DNA of 64,000 nt from contig OZ024744.1 in NCBI GenBank assembly GCA_964016885.1, forward strand, positions 64,852,001-64,916,000. The letters are read 5' to 3'. The notes beneath the pieces are model-generated. The model searched no databases. It saw nothing but the letters and a program-made list of their open reading frames with translations, and was not told the origin of the DNA. Origin of the DNA: Eledone cirrhosa. Taxonomy: Eukaryota. Positions 51,396 to 64,000 of the stretch are shown one piece after another. Made by a program: the position numbers and the translations under genes. The first letter of the stretch is position 1. Every line of letters begins with the position of its first letter.

Positions 51396-51860
51396 CACAG
51401 GCGTGTCAGTAGAGTTTATCTCGAACCGGCAGTGTCTTTCCTCATCCTCCAGTAGCACTGCCAAGCGAGGGATTTCTGGAAGTTGTCCATAGTACCCTGG
51501 CTTGAAAGTCCTCCGGAACAGACTAGTCAGTTCAACTTGGTCAATACCCAGAGCCTATCCGAGTGCCTCATTGCACTTGCCCACCATTAATCCTCTATAG
51601 AACTCAAGAATGCAAGTTCCACTGACTGCATTGCCCACCTGGTAGAGGGCAATGAGCGCCTGGCAACATTCCAGATGCCAGGCACCCTGTCTTGGTCTCT
51701 CCTTGACCCAGGACTGCATAGAGCATGCTGGCAGCAGATGGACTACCCGCCAATGGAACCTATCCCCCCCCCCCCACACACACACAGACACACAAGAAGT
51801 TGAAAAGGAGCCGCTCCAATTTGGCAAGGTGCGAACAAGCGCAAGGCACAACAGCCAATC
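51395..51860 (-). mobile_element. L1/Tx1-like LINE ORF2 C-terminal fragment
   Basis: GC-richer segment reading WHLECCQAL..FYRGL..MDNFQKSLAWQCY..LPVRDKL. Confidence 0.6.
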
Positions 51861-52736
51861 CACCACCCAACTACAATAATAATTGTTTCTACTTTTAGCA
51901 CAAGGCCAGCAATTACCCAGTATATTACTGGTACTTTATTTTATCGACCCCGTAAGGATGAAAGGCAAAGTTAACCTCGGCGGGATTTGAACTCAGACCA
52001 TAAAGGGCCGTAACTCTTTGCTGCAAAGCATGGCATCCAACACTCTACTAATACTGCCAATCCATCCAACTATAATAATAATAATGCTCCCTTACTTATG
52101 GCACATTGCCTAAGTCACAAAAGAGAATACCTCATCTGACCATATTCAATCCTTCCACCATCACCTATTATTGTAGTTGGGTGGTGGATTGGCAGTATTG
52201 GTAGAGGATCGGATGCCATGCTTTGACATATAGAGTTACGGCCCTTGCTATTCTGAGTTCAACTTTACCTTTCATCCTTACGGGGTCGATAAAATAAAGT
52301 ACCAGTAATGCACTGGGTAATTGCTGGCCTTGTGCCAAAAGTAGAAACAATTATTATCCTGCTGTTACCTCTCTCAGACAATCACACAGCTACCACTTTA
52401 CCATTCTTCCATTATGTTTCTGTTTAACCCTTTAGCATTTAAACCTGACATATTTGGCCAGAATACTCTGACCTCTTTTTGTTGAAACTGGCTGTAGCCA
52501 GCCCCTCATACTGATGTTAACGTACTGTTCTCAAAATAAATAATATGAAAATCTCAGATTCGATATTATGTGAGGTAAAGCTTTTACTGTCAAAAAATAA
52601 TTGTAAATATAGAGTAATGTAAATGCTAAAAGGTTAACAAGAGCTGGCACAGAATCTGTATATATTCAGTACTGTCAACCATCATCTTCTACTACTAGCC
52701 ATCATTCTCTCTCTCCCTTCCATGTAATTCTTAGCT

Positions 52737-53070
52737 CAGAAGTTCTCAAAGTGGGCACTACTGTCCCCTGGGGGGTGTTGAGAAGGTCTAGGGGGGTACT
52801 GTTGCCTAATGGGGTGGTAGAGATGATATAACAGTATATTAAATATCAAATGATACATATTACATATATAGTAAAATAAAAAATATAATATTTATTTATA
52901 CATAGTATATATTATATTATTTATTATATATAAATTAACGATTTTATTTATTATATATTATTTACAATTTGCATGTAGGAAGGTCTTTCTGGGAAATAGA
53001 GGTGGGGTGCTGAGGGTATATGTGGCTGGGAGGGGGGGGGGGGGGGGGACAAAAAGTTTGAGAACCTCTG
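52737..53070. mobile_element. hAT MITE
   Basis: TIRs CAGAAGTTCTCAAA / TTTGAGAACCTCTG; partial 8-bp TSD (TCTTAGCT/TCTTATCA). Confidence 0.75.
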
Positions 53071-54085
53071 TCTTATCAACCATTCTCACCATCACCATTT
53101 CCTGTTGCTATCCATCATTCATTCTCTCTTGCTATCTCATTTCCTTATTCACATCCCACCACATTGCTCATGCTGTTTTCAATTTCTTGATAGAAACAAT
53201 GGACACAACTTCAACTTATTAGATCTCATCAGTGAAGTATATTCACTCAAAAAGTTGGTTAAACTAGAATGGCCAAATGTAGATATAGAAAAGGAGGAAA
53301 TATATATGAATAGGCTATGTAGCCAGTAAACCCTAAAGGGGCGCAACATATATCGCTATACTGTTTCACCAGCCCCTTCTTTCTGTTGTCTGTATCTGTT
53401 TATGTATTTACATGTAGATGCACTTGTGTGTGTGTGTATGTGTGGGTTTGCACTTCTGTTGTCTCTATCTGTTTATGTATTTACATGTAGTGTATGTATG
53501 TGGTGTGTGTGTGTGTATCTATGGGTTTGCACTTCTGTTGTCTCTATCTGTTTATGTATAAATGTAGATATGTGTGTATGTAACTAAAGCATAATGGACG
53601 ACCAAAAGATTTTAACTTGTTTTTTTAACAATTGATGGTGGAAAATATTCCAAGTTGTCTAAACAATTGTCTTAACTCGGACCGCAACTCTTGGTGTCTG
53701 ACACTCTTACCGGCTACATAGCCTCTTCCAAATAAATATTATGTGCTGATTATCTGTTCTTTTTCATAACCAAAGTAGTGATGTTTTCCATGTGACTTTT
53801 CCTAGTTCAGACCATTTATGTATTCATGCTCAATAACTCTTCAGATAAATTTAATACAAAAGACAAAAAAAAAAAAAAAAAAAAGAAAAACGAAATTTTT
53901 TTGACATAAAAAGAAAGTAGAAAAAATATAATACATAACCTTTTCCTTAGTAACATGACAAAAACAAATAAACAAACAAATAAATTACACACACAACCAC
54001 TATAACAGCAACCACAACAGTTGCAAAATAATACAGAGCACAGGTGTTATTTTTCAAGTCAATTTATCCTGCTTCTAGGCCCAAA

Positions 54086-54160
<75 letters not shown>

Positions 54161-54177
54161 CAGAGCAGCAGTAGCAA

Positions 54178-54219
<42 letters not shown>

Positions 54220-54843
54220 CAGTAGCAGCAGTAGCAGTAGTAGTAGTAGTAGCAGTAGCAGCAGTAGCAGCAGCAGCAGCAACAGCAATGGCAGCAACAG
54301 CAGCAACAGCTTTGGCAAAGACTCTTTACACAAGTGACCTCAGCTTTGTTGCCAAATCTATGGAGGTGCTGAAAGATAAGATTGATACCTGATCTTACAG
54401 GGTTTTGTGAAAGTCGAGATCTTTATATTCATGCTGAGTTGAGAAACTTAAAACCAATATTAGAGATTATAAATTAAATTTAGCCAGGTAAATAAAAATA
54501 AAAAAAATAAATAAAAAAAATGAAAGTTTCTTCCTTTCTTTCTTTCTTTCCTTCTTTCTTTATTTATTTACTTATGTTTCATGCGAATCTTTAAAGATAA
54601 TTACAAAAAAAAAAGAAAAAAGAAAACTATCTCAGGATAGAATTAAAATCATCACCATTCAAGTTTGGCTTTACATCAATGCTTAATTTATTGGTGGCAG
54701 TGGTGGTGTTGCTATTGTTGTTGTTGCTGTTGTTGGTTTTGTTGTTGTTGTTATTGCTATTTTCACCATAGTAGTAGTAGTAGTAGTAGTAGTAGTTGTT
54801 GTTTTGTTGTTGTTGTTGTTATTGGTGGTGGTGGTGGTGGTGG

Positions 54844-54890
<47 letters not shown>

Positions 54891-56427
54891 GTTTGTTTGT
54901 TTGTTTGTTTGTTTGTTGGTTGGTATTGTTGCTGTTCTTGCTGTCAGCTTTGCTGCTCTGAAAATTTGTTATATCTCTGATCCATAATAAAAAGGACATA
55001 ATTCTATAGAAATATGACCAATTTTTCCTTGATCAAATCCCAAGAAGCCTAACATTGGTGTGATTCAATTAAAGTTTATAAGAAATTACATTGGTCTGGG
55101 GCTCAGAGAACCAAGGAAAAGCCAATGTATATCTGATGCAGTCCCTAAAAAATTTTCTTTGTCTCTTTAAATTTTGCTTTAAAGTAGTATTTTTCTTTCT
55201 TGCAGAATTTTCCTCAAAGGCCCTTTTAAATGATGAATGAAAGAAGTCAAAAGTCTTTCGAAACTATCATCATCATCATCATCATCATCATCAACATCTG
55301 GTTTAATGTCTTCTTTACTTGACACAAGCATTAGACATTTTGATAACCTCTTTTAAAGCATCTCCCCAGGGTGTTCTTTCCAGGGATAGCTTTTGTTCCA
55401 GGTTCCAGGCTTTCAGATCATTCCTGATTACCTCTTCCCAGCTCTTATGTGGACACTCCCTTCTGCATCTACCAGGAGCCACTATCTTGGTACATCAATG
55501 TATCCACTAACCCACTCAAAACCACCTCTGGTTCTATGAAACAAAGCCACCCATTATAAAATCTTCCAAAATAATTTTCACATTAGAACCTTTTGTTACA
55601 AATACCATCTTAATAATGAAATAATTAATAATTTTAGTAAGGTTCTTACTTAACAAAAAAATTTGTAAATAAAATAATTGTTTCTATTTTTGGCACAAGG
55701 CCAGCAATTACCCAGTACATTACTGGTACTTTATTTTAGGATGAAAGGTAAAGTTAACCTCGGCGGGATTTGAACTCAGAATGGCAAGGGCCGTAACTCT
55801 ATGCATCAAAGCATGGCGTCCGACCCCTCCCCCCCCCCTACCGATACTGCCAATCCACTGCCTTGTAAATAAAATAATGATAGAAGGATTTTAAACATTT
55901 TAAAATTAGCAGTTTTGTAATATAAACCCAGAGCTGTTTGAGGCAGTTTGGTATCTACTAGGGTTTCTACTTAAATCAAAATCTTTCAATGCAATTTTAT
56001 ATTAGAACCTGTTTAAGTTATGTTACAAATAACATCTTAATAATGAAATAATACATAGTTTTAGTAAATCCCTCCAAATTCTTCATTAATTCAAATACAT
56101 ATATTTCATTAGAAATATGATAACGAAAGGGTTAAGATATACCATTTGTTGAAGTTGATCTTTAACTGTTTTTATCTTATAGACAAGTTTTCTCATGCAC
56201 GTATTTCACAGAGCATAGAAAACAAACAAAGATTAAACTTATGCTACAGTTTTGTTAAAATTGACAGCTGCCTGTTATATATTTTTTTACATCTTTGATG
56301 AAATATGCTCCTCATAGGATGTTACCATATGTATGATGTAGTCTCACCAGAATCTCAAAGGGTTTTTAAAATGCGTCACTTCATTTATTTCTATATAGTT
56401 TCTTTTTATTAGTGAAACACACATACA

Positions 56428-56860
56428 CCATTACCATTTGACACCTAATTTTCCATGCTTGCATGGGTTGGATAGATATTTTCCAGTATATCATCCCCCC
56501 ACTTGCTGTGGTCCTTTGCCATCTCTCCTGTGAGCTTCAGCAATTTGGATTTAGCTCTTACCATCTCTGCTTAGGTTTACCTTGGTTTTCCTCTAGTGCA
56601 GCTTCCCTCCATTGGGATTTCTTGGCACTTCTTTACCCAGCGATCATTATCCATGCACACCACATGTCCATACCAGCATAGTCTTCTCTCTTGCATCCTA
56701 CATCTGATTCCACTTCTATCCAGTTTTTCTCTTAGTTCATTCATGCTCCAGATTTTCTCTTGTACATCTATTGAAGCATGTTTACTTCATTTCTCTCAAG
56801 ACTTTGTATATCCCCTGTATTTATAGCTCATGCATGTCTCACTACCATGCAGTAAACATA
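56428..56860 (-). mobile_element. RTE (PHD family) 3' fragment
   Basis: Homologous to 30310-30700. Confidence 0.7.
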
Positions 56861-57215
56861 GCAATAGGCTTCCTTGACTACCACAGAATGTTTGTTGAAT
56901 TTTTTAATCAAGATTTTCCGAGTCCTTCTCAAAGTTTTTCTGTTCTTTAACAGATTCAAGAATGTGGTCCTTCTTTTTACAAGGATATTATATTGAAGCA
57001 TGTAAATGCATTACCTCAAAGGGAGGTAATGCATTACAAGGTAGATATGCTAAAAAATTCAGTCTAACTTGTGGGGATCGTTCTTACAGATGGACACCTT
57101 CATCCCAATTGAAATGAGTAGAGAGGTGGCTTGGGAACCCAGAATGCCAGGGGTTTCACTAAGAAAGCCTTCAGATAACAATCAATTCTTTGTCAGCTTG
57201 TGATCTTCAACCTAT

Positions 57216-57763
57216 CAGTCAATGAAGCTTGGTCAACAAAACTTTATCAACAAAGCTTGTTCAACAAAGTTTGGTCAACAAAGCTTGGTCAACAAAGCTT
57301 GGTCAACAAAGCTTGGTCAACAAAGCTTGGTCAATGAAGCTTAATCAATAAAGCTTGGTCAACAAAGCTTTGTCAACAAAGTTTAATCAATGAAGTTTGG
57401 TCAACGAAGCTTAATAAATGAAGCTTGGTCAACAAAGCTTGGTCAACAAAACTTAGTCAACAAAGCTTGGTCAACAAAGCTTGGTCAATGAAGCTTGGTC
57501 AATGAAGCTTGGTCAACAAAGCCTGGTCAATGAAGCTTGGCCAACGAAGCTTAATAAATGAAGCTTGGTCAACAAAGCTTGGTCAACAAAACTTAGTCAA
57601 CAAAGCTTGGTCAACAAAGCTTGATCAATGAAGCTTGGTCAACAAAGCTTAGTCAACAAAGTTTAATCAATGAAGCTTGGTCAGCAAAGCTTGATCAATG
57701 AATCTTGGTCAACAAAGCTTGATCAATGAATCTTGGTCAACAAAGCTTTGTCAACAAAGCTTG
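57216..57763. repeat. 14-bp tandem repeat (CAACAAAGCTTGGT)n, ~39 units, with a 140-bp higher-order duplication
   Basis: The variant string CAACGAAGCTTAATAAATGAAGC recurs at 57402 and 57542. Confidence 0.95.
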
Positions 57764-59128
57764 TCTCTGATACTGATTTCACCAGGTTGCTACTGGTGAA
57801 AGTATTACTGCAGATCACATCCCAGATAAAAGACCTACCACCTCAGAACTGTAAAATTATGATGCCATCTGATCTTTTGATGTCCTCTTTGTCTAATTCT
57901 GCTGGTTCCAGTACTGATGGGAAGCCAGCTGTATCCAATCCACATTTAACAATATGTTAAGGACATGTTGTGAGAAGCAGCCATCACTGAGGAGACATGA
58001 CAATGGATGGACTGTAGACCCATAATATCATTTGTGTTGCTCACAGATTCAGAGATCAAGCCTTAGCGAGATGACAATGTGGAGACAGTTGTCATCTAGT
58101 TGAGTATCAGTTGACCATGAGGGCATGATGTTCAGCCAGGCACTGGTGTGGGACTGGGAGGCAAATATAAAACATGCTAGTCAGTGCTGCTCAATCAAAA
58201 GTTATGAGTTATGTTAGATGTTTTGATAAGTGTTTTGAAAACTTAATAAAAACATAAAAATATTCCCCTTTTCAGAAGTAGCAGCTCTCTGTTTTTATCC
58301 TTAACCCTTTAGCATTTAAAGCAACCATCATCATCATCATCATTTCATTTTACGTCCGCTTTTTCCCTGCTTGCAAAGGCGGGACGGGAACTGATTCTGG
58401 CTTTATTTCTACAGCTGGATGCCCTTCCTAACACCAACCTCATTTACAGTGAGTGCTGGGTGCTTTTTTGCCGTGGCACCTCCACGACCACTTTGCAGTG
58501 GAATGATAGGGAACCCAGTCCTATCATCTCATTTCTACAGCTGAGTAAACTGGAGCAATGTGAAATAAAGTGTCTTGCTCAAGGAAACAACACATCACCC
58601 AGTCTGAGAATTGAACAGGCTGATGTGTTGTTTCCTTGATATCCAGCCAAAATTCTCTGACTTCTTTCTGTTCAAACTGGCCGTAACTGGCCACTCATAC
58701 TGATGTTAAGGTATTGTTCTCAAAATAAATAATATCAAAATCTCATCATTTTGATATTATGTGAGATAATTATGTAATGTAAAGACTCTACCACGAAAAT
58801 ACAATAGTATATATAAAGTAATGTAAATGCTAAAGGGTTAATACTATGTAGTCATATCTAAAATAATTGACATGTACTATATTAGATTAAATTATGGGTG
58901 GGGAGTGTTTTAGGGTTTTAGTTATTTATTCATCTTTTCTTTCTCAACAAACTAACTTTTTTTTAATTAATTAATTAATAGCTAAGATTTTCAACATAAA
59001 ATAATTATTGACATGAAAAGATTTTCAACATTATAAGCACACATTTGAACAAATGAAATAAAAAAAAAGCAACATGTTTACAAAAATCAATGCTTTATCT
59101 ATTTTAACTTTCCTTTCTTTTGTGACAG

Positions 59129-59170
59129 GAATGTTTTCATTATATCGTTTCAACACTTCTCTGTGTACAG
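59129..59170 (+). other. Candidate 42-nt host exon
   Basis: Strong acceptor TTTAACTTTCCTTTCTTTTGTGACAG; weak donor CAG|GTGTCA. Confidence 0.22.
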
Positions 59171-59229
59171 GTGTCAAACGGTTACTTTTACAGTTTTTCT
59201 GTCTCCTTTCTTCCTCATGTTATCATTAT

Positions 59230-59261
<32 letters not shown>

Positions 59262-60732
59262 CCACCACCACCACCATCATCAACATCATCATCACCATCA
59301 TCATCACCACCATCATCATCAGCATCATCACCACCATCATCATCATCATCACCATCATCATCATCATGATTTAATGGCCATTTTCCATGCTAGCATGGGT
59401 TAGATGGGTTGTCCTGTTTGAGGCAAGTTGGGTTCGGTAACCTTGTCTTGCTCATACAAGAACTGTTTTTGTCTAGGTTTCAACAGCTGGATGCACTTCC
59501 TAACACCAACCATATCTACAGTGTGTGCTGGGTGCTTTTTGTCGTGACACCTACACGACCACTTTATAGTGTGAGCTGGGTGCTTTTTGTCATGACACCT
59601 ATACAAACACTTTACAGTGTGTACTGGGTGCTTTTTGTTGTGACACCTACATGACTACTTTAGAGTGTGGGCTGGGTGGTTTTTATCATGATACCCACAT
59701 GACGACTTTATAGTATAGAATACAATATATACACTTTAGAATAGAGGATTAAATCATCATTGTAATCTATAATTTTTATTTATTGCTTAGTCAGAGAAGA
59801 AAAGCAACATTCATAACCATTTTTAGGGAGCTCCAAAACTGATGGGGAGGAACAACATAGATATCCTCAGAACAGATACCTGGCCCAATAGCTTACACAA
59901 GACTGGGACTTAGTTAAAGATACCCAAAAGTCAGGTGATAATGTCATACTGGAAAACAATCACTGAAGATTTAGGACAAATGAGGCCCTGTACTAGTTAA
60001 GTTATGAGGCCTCTTACTCATAAAAATTCATTGTAAAATATTTTTTTTGGCAGGAAGATGCCCCCCCCCCCCCTGCTAACCAACCTTAAGCACACCTAAG
60101 CACAATGGTAAATCCGACAATGATATCACCCATGTAAAATGAAGAAGGAACCCAAAGAACAAGAACAAAATCCTGCATGCAAGATCTGATGAAGTTCCTT
60201 TGAGGCTCCAAGCACTTAAAAGATTATGCACAGACCTCCCTCCCCATATAGTTTGCAACAGCAAAAAAGAAAAAAAAGCATTTAGAGGGATGACAAAACC
60301 TATCCTTAGCTTCTGCTGGAATCTGTTAGATAGTGCTACACCATCAGTTTTCAAATTCATTGCTGAAGGCTTTCAAAATGTTTATTTATAAACATACTGT
60401 ATATCACTAGATATACAAATTCACATACTTCAAATACACTCAATTTAAATATAATACTTCCTCTTTTCCCTTGATACCCTACTAAGCATATAATTATTTT
60501 CGTAAATGGTTAATCCAACCTTGTCTGCAAGGCATCCTATCCAGCACTTTGGAAGGATAAAAGGTAAAGTTGACCTCCTTCAGCAGGATTTGAACTAAGA
60601 ACCTCAGGAACTGGAATAAATATCACAAGGCAATTTGTTGAACATTCTAACACTGCTATTAATGCACTACATGATTACGTAATGTAAAATATCTAACAAT
60701 CAAATATTCTTCAATTTATCTTTTTACTACAG

Positions 60733-60815
60733 GTTGCATCTACTGAATAATCCGACAAGCTTGGTATCAGACAGGTGTTGAAGAAGTTGATTTTTCTGAA
60801 CCAGTGAAACTTAGG
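60733..60815 (+). other. Candidate host exon (83 nt, or ending at 60864 with an alternative donor)
   Basis: Branch TCTAAC, polypyrimidine tract and TACAG acceptor; donors AGG|GTAAAA or CAG|GTAAAG. All three frames contain a stop. Confidence 0.35.
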
Positions 60816-60969
60816 GTAAAATAATGTCAAAATAATGTATATACTGTACTATATTACTGATACAGGTAAAGCTCTCACTGATATATGTCTCTATAATTTT
60901 TTTGTTTTTGTTTTTCTTCATTATGAGCACTTTTTAATAGAGTTAATGTCACATATACGTACACTCTTA

Positions 60970-61430
60970 AGAGTGAAGCCTGCTCTACTCTGCATGACAA
61001 GATTAAGTCTCTGAAAGCAAAATTGGTGAAAGTATGGGACACCATCCCAATTGAAACTGTGTGCGCTGCCTCCAGGCTTTTATTAACCCTTTAACATTTA
61101 AACCAGCCATATCCAGTCAGAATCCCCTCACCTTTTTCTGTTCAAACTGGCTGCAACCAGCTACTCATACTGATGTTAAGGTATTGTTCTCAAAATAAAT
61201 ACTATATAATTCTCATAGATTCAATATTATATGAGATAATTATGTGAGGTAAAGCCTTTAGTGGTAAAATACAACAGTATATATAGAAAAATGTAAATGG
61301 TAAAGGGTTAAGAAACTTCAAGGTGTTGTGAGAGCAAAAGGAAAGCATATCAAATACGATTTTATGGTGTTAATAAACATTTTATTAATTACTTTGTGCT
61401 GAACCAGAAAAATTGCTGAACTAATGATTG
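60970..61430 (+). mobile_element. Tc1/mariner transposase C-terminal remnant split by a piggyBac MITE
   Basis: ACSTLHDKIKSLKAKLVKVWDTIPIETVCAA..[MITE]..KLQGVVRAKGKHIK. Confidence 0.7.
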
Positions 61431-63339
61431 CCTGATTAATGAAGTCTAGCGGCAAATTGGGAGGGGTGTTAGAACGTCAGATAACTCTCTACTCTGAGTT
61501 CAATTCCCACAGAGGTCAACTTTACCTTTCATTTTTTTAATGTTGATAAAAAAGTACCAGTCTTGTACTGGAGTCGATTCTTCCTCCATACCTCTTTCTC
61601 ACTTCCTCTCTTTCACCCTCTCTATCCTTCTCTGGAAGAAATCTGCTGTATTCAGACCTGGAGAGGAGATGGGCTCTGCCAGGTTTAAAAACTGTCTTAG
61701 AAACATTGTATCAATGCGACGTGCACCCCTATGACTCCATCAAGAGTTATGGGACCATACATGTATACACATAAAACCTGTAGTATAAATATTCTAGAAT
61801 TCTGTGTGAAAATTTCTTGGCTTCCTACATTCAGTATGATAGCACACACTTTACTACTATGTTTTCATACAACAAGCACTCCTTGGTATTTTTCCCCATT
61901 GTGTTCATTCACAAAAATCCTAAGATCTGCAGTCATAGTTAGACCTCTTCACTGAGGAGGTCAAATAAAACTGAAACATCCCTGAAGCTATGACCATACT
62001 TCCTAAGACTAGACTCAATCTCTTACTCTATTCCATATTTTTAAAATTAAATCCTAGGTTTATTTCACCTGCTTTTTTCAACAGAATTAGTCAGCAATAT
62101 AATTTTTTTTTCTTCTCACAACACATAATTTTAATTGATTAAAAATTTCCAACTCACTTTATTAAGTGTGCTTGCACCAACTTTACTAACAATTCTTCAG
62201 GCTTAACTGGGTATTTTACCCCTTGTCATTTTTCATAGAAATCAATAGATTTTTTTTGTTTTTTTTGTTTTGTTTTTCAGCAATTATTTTTCTGTGACAA
62301 CTGACACCTCTCAATTGCAGAACTATCTTCATATTTTGGATTTTAAAATGGAACAGCTTGCTCATGAAATTAACTTGCAAGTGATTGAGCATCCCACTGA
62401 CATATACTTTCAATGTAGTTCTCAAGAAGATTCAGCATGAAGACACAGTGCATGACATGGCTGTCCCTTTGTACTTATAAGTACAATTTTTATTTTTATC
62501 AGATGAGTGAACTGATGTAATAAATGAGAAATAAAATGTCTTGTTCAAGGACACAATCCATAACCGGGAATCAAATTCACGATCATAAGTTGAACACCCT
62601 AACCACTAAGTCCTTTATGGATTAAAAAATAAAACAACTCTTAGTTTTATCCTACAAAAAACAAACTTATATTGTTAACACAAGAGCATAGTACAGGCAA
62701 ATTCAAGGACCCAGTTTTCAGTGACATGGCGGTGCGAATAATAATTGTTTCTAATTCATGCACAAGGCCAGCAATTTTTGAGGTGGATGGAAAAGTTGAT
62801 TATATTAACTCAGTGCTTGGCTGGCACTTGATCCTATTATTGTTTATTATAAACTGAGGCTCTGGGCCTGACCAAGGACACACGCACGTTATTACTGAAA
62901 AGTGGTGGTGCTGGTTCCACAATAAAATACATACAGCCTATTCTATAAAGTGGGAGTGTTGGTGTCATGGTAAAATGCACTCAACCTACTCTGTAAAGTG
63001 GTAGTTCAGGTGCCATGATAAAAAGCAACCAGTTCAGGTGGTAGTGGTGGGTGGCACCATGATGAAATGCATCTGGTATACACAGTGAAGGGGTTGACAT
63101 TACGAAGGGCATCTAGCTACAGAAATCATATCTAGTTTTAATTAATTTCAAAAATAATCAATAATTTGGAAGGGGTTTTTTTAGCTGGTATTTGGAACAT
63201 AACTTAACATAAAATCTTTGATCAGATGTCGTATTTAAAATATGAACACTTTAAAATTAGAGGATTTATATAATAGGGCTAATTTTAAACAGGTTGTTAT
63301 CAAAAGAATTAAATAAGAATTTGTTGATATTTGCAAAAC

Positions 63340-63740
63340 TAAACTCCTACAAGTACAAAAGTGTATAAAAATTCTCAAACATACCAAAAAACATAATTAA
63401 TCAGCATGATTTCTTTTTACATTTTTTTTTTATCAAATTAAAACCATTGATTCCAGTAGTTACATAAAGTTAACATCTTTCAGGAAGTTTTCAATTTCTG
63501 TGTCACATTTTTAAATGATTGTTGGCACTTTTGAAATGTATTTCCTTTAAGAGTTTTGTAAACAGGAAAAAAATATTTTGTGTCAAATTGGGCAGATACA
63601 GCAGTAGGCTGGTGAGTAAGTGGAATCCTATATTCTTTAAAGAACTTTGGCATGATTGGTGCTCTGATGTAGTAGAGATGTTTAATGAAAAATGTATGAA
63701 CATTTTCAGCTGGGAAAGTTTAGTGCATATTTTCCAGATG
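63340..63740 (-). mobile_element. Highly decayed mariner-like remnant
   Basis: GFHLLTSLLLYLPNLTQNIFFLFTKL resembles the HPPYSPDLAPSDFFLFPKL motif. Confidence 0.4.
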
Positions 63741-64000
63741 AAGACAGGATGGTGGTTCAGGGTTTGAAAGCCAGGTTCAACTTGTCAAAATTAATTAACT
63801 TATATTTTCATCCTTTAAGTTTGATAAAATAAATACCAGTGGTTTATACTGGGGTTAATAGTCAACTTTAATTCTTAGTAGAAGACTCAATTTTCACAAA
63901 ACAAAACTAAGCAGACTTGACAGCTACTGGGTCTTTTAGATTAAAAACATTATTAATTTATTGCCAAGAAATGTATTTTCTAACAAGTAATGCTACTTTG

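Noticed and set aside
53193-53329. Possible exon NNGHNFNLLDLISEVYSLKKLVKLEWPNVDIEKEE (also an acceptor at ~56182)
   Set aside because: Weak or no donor site and no recognisable homology.
57216-57763. CRISPR-like array (also considered 18120-18675 and 35325-36145)
   Set aside because: Contiguous tandem units without unique spacers, no cas genes, and a eukaryotic context.
61947-61987. Hammerhead-like CTTCA-CTGAGGA..GAAA..TGAAG
   Set aside because: Helix III and the NUH triplet are broken; at most a decayed copy.

Overview
AT-rich, microsatellite-dense eukaryotic DNA made up almost entirely of transposable-element debris. The repeat repertoire (Meta-domain and CORE-like tRNA-SINEs, RTE, R4/Dong, Tx1 and Hero LINEs, TTAA piggyBac-type MITEs) suggests an octopus or other cephalopod intron or intergenic region, but that is an inference. 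No intact host CDS can be identified; a few isolated plus-strand exon candidates exist. Highlights: (1) about a dozen minimal type I hammerhead ribozyme motifs, several fully base-paired, mostly in outward-facing palindromes embedded in (TA)n, including a four-copy family with a non-canonical CAGAAGA core. (2) An ~11 kb co-oriented head-to-tail chain of RTE-clade LINEs and their Bov-A-like short derivatives, joined through (TATG)n tails, whose protein ends in three C2H2 fingers and whose 5' and 3' UTRs are complementary. (3) A second RTE family with a PHD finger inserted in the RT C-terminal region, plus its partner SINE. (4) Many young fold-back duplications. (5) A candidate exon with an in-frame TGA in a C-x-x-stop context. 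All calls were made by eye from the sequence and the ORF track; repeat boundaries are approximate.
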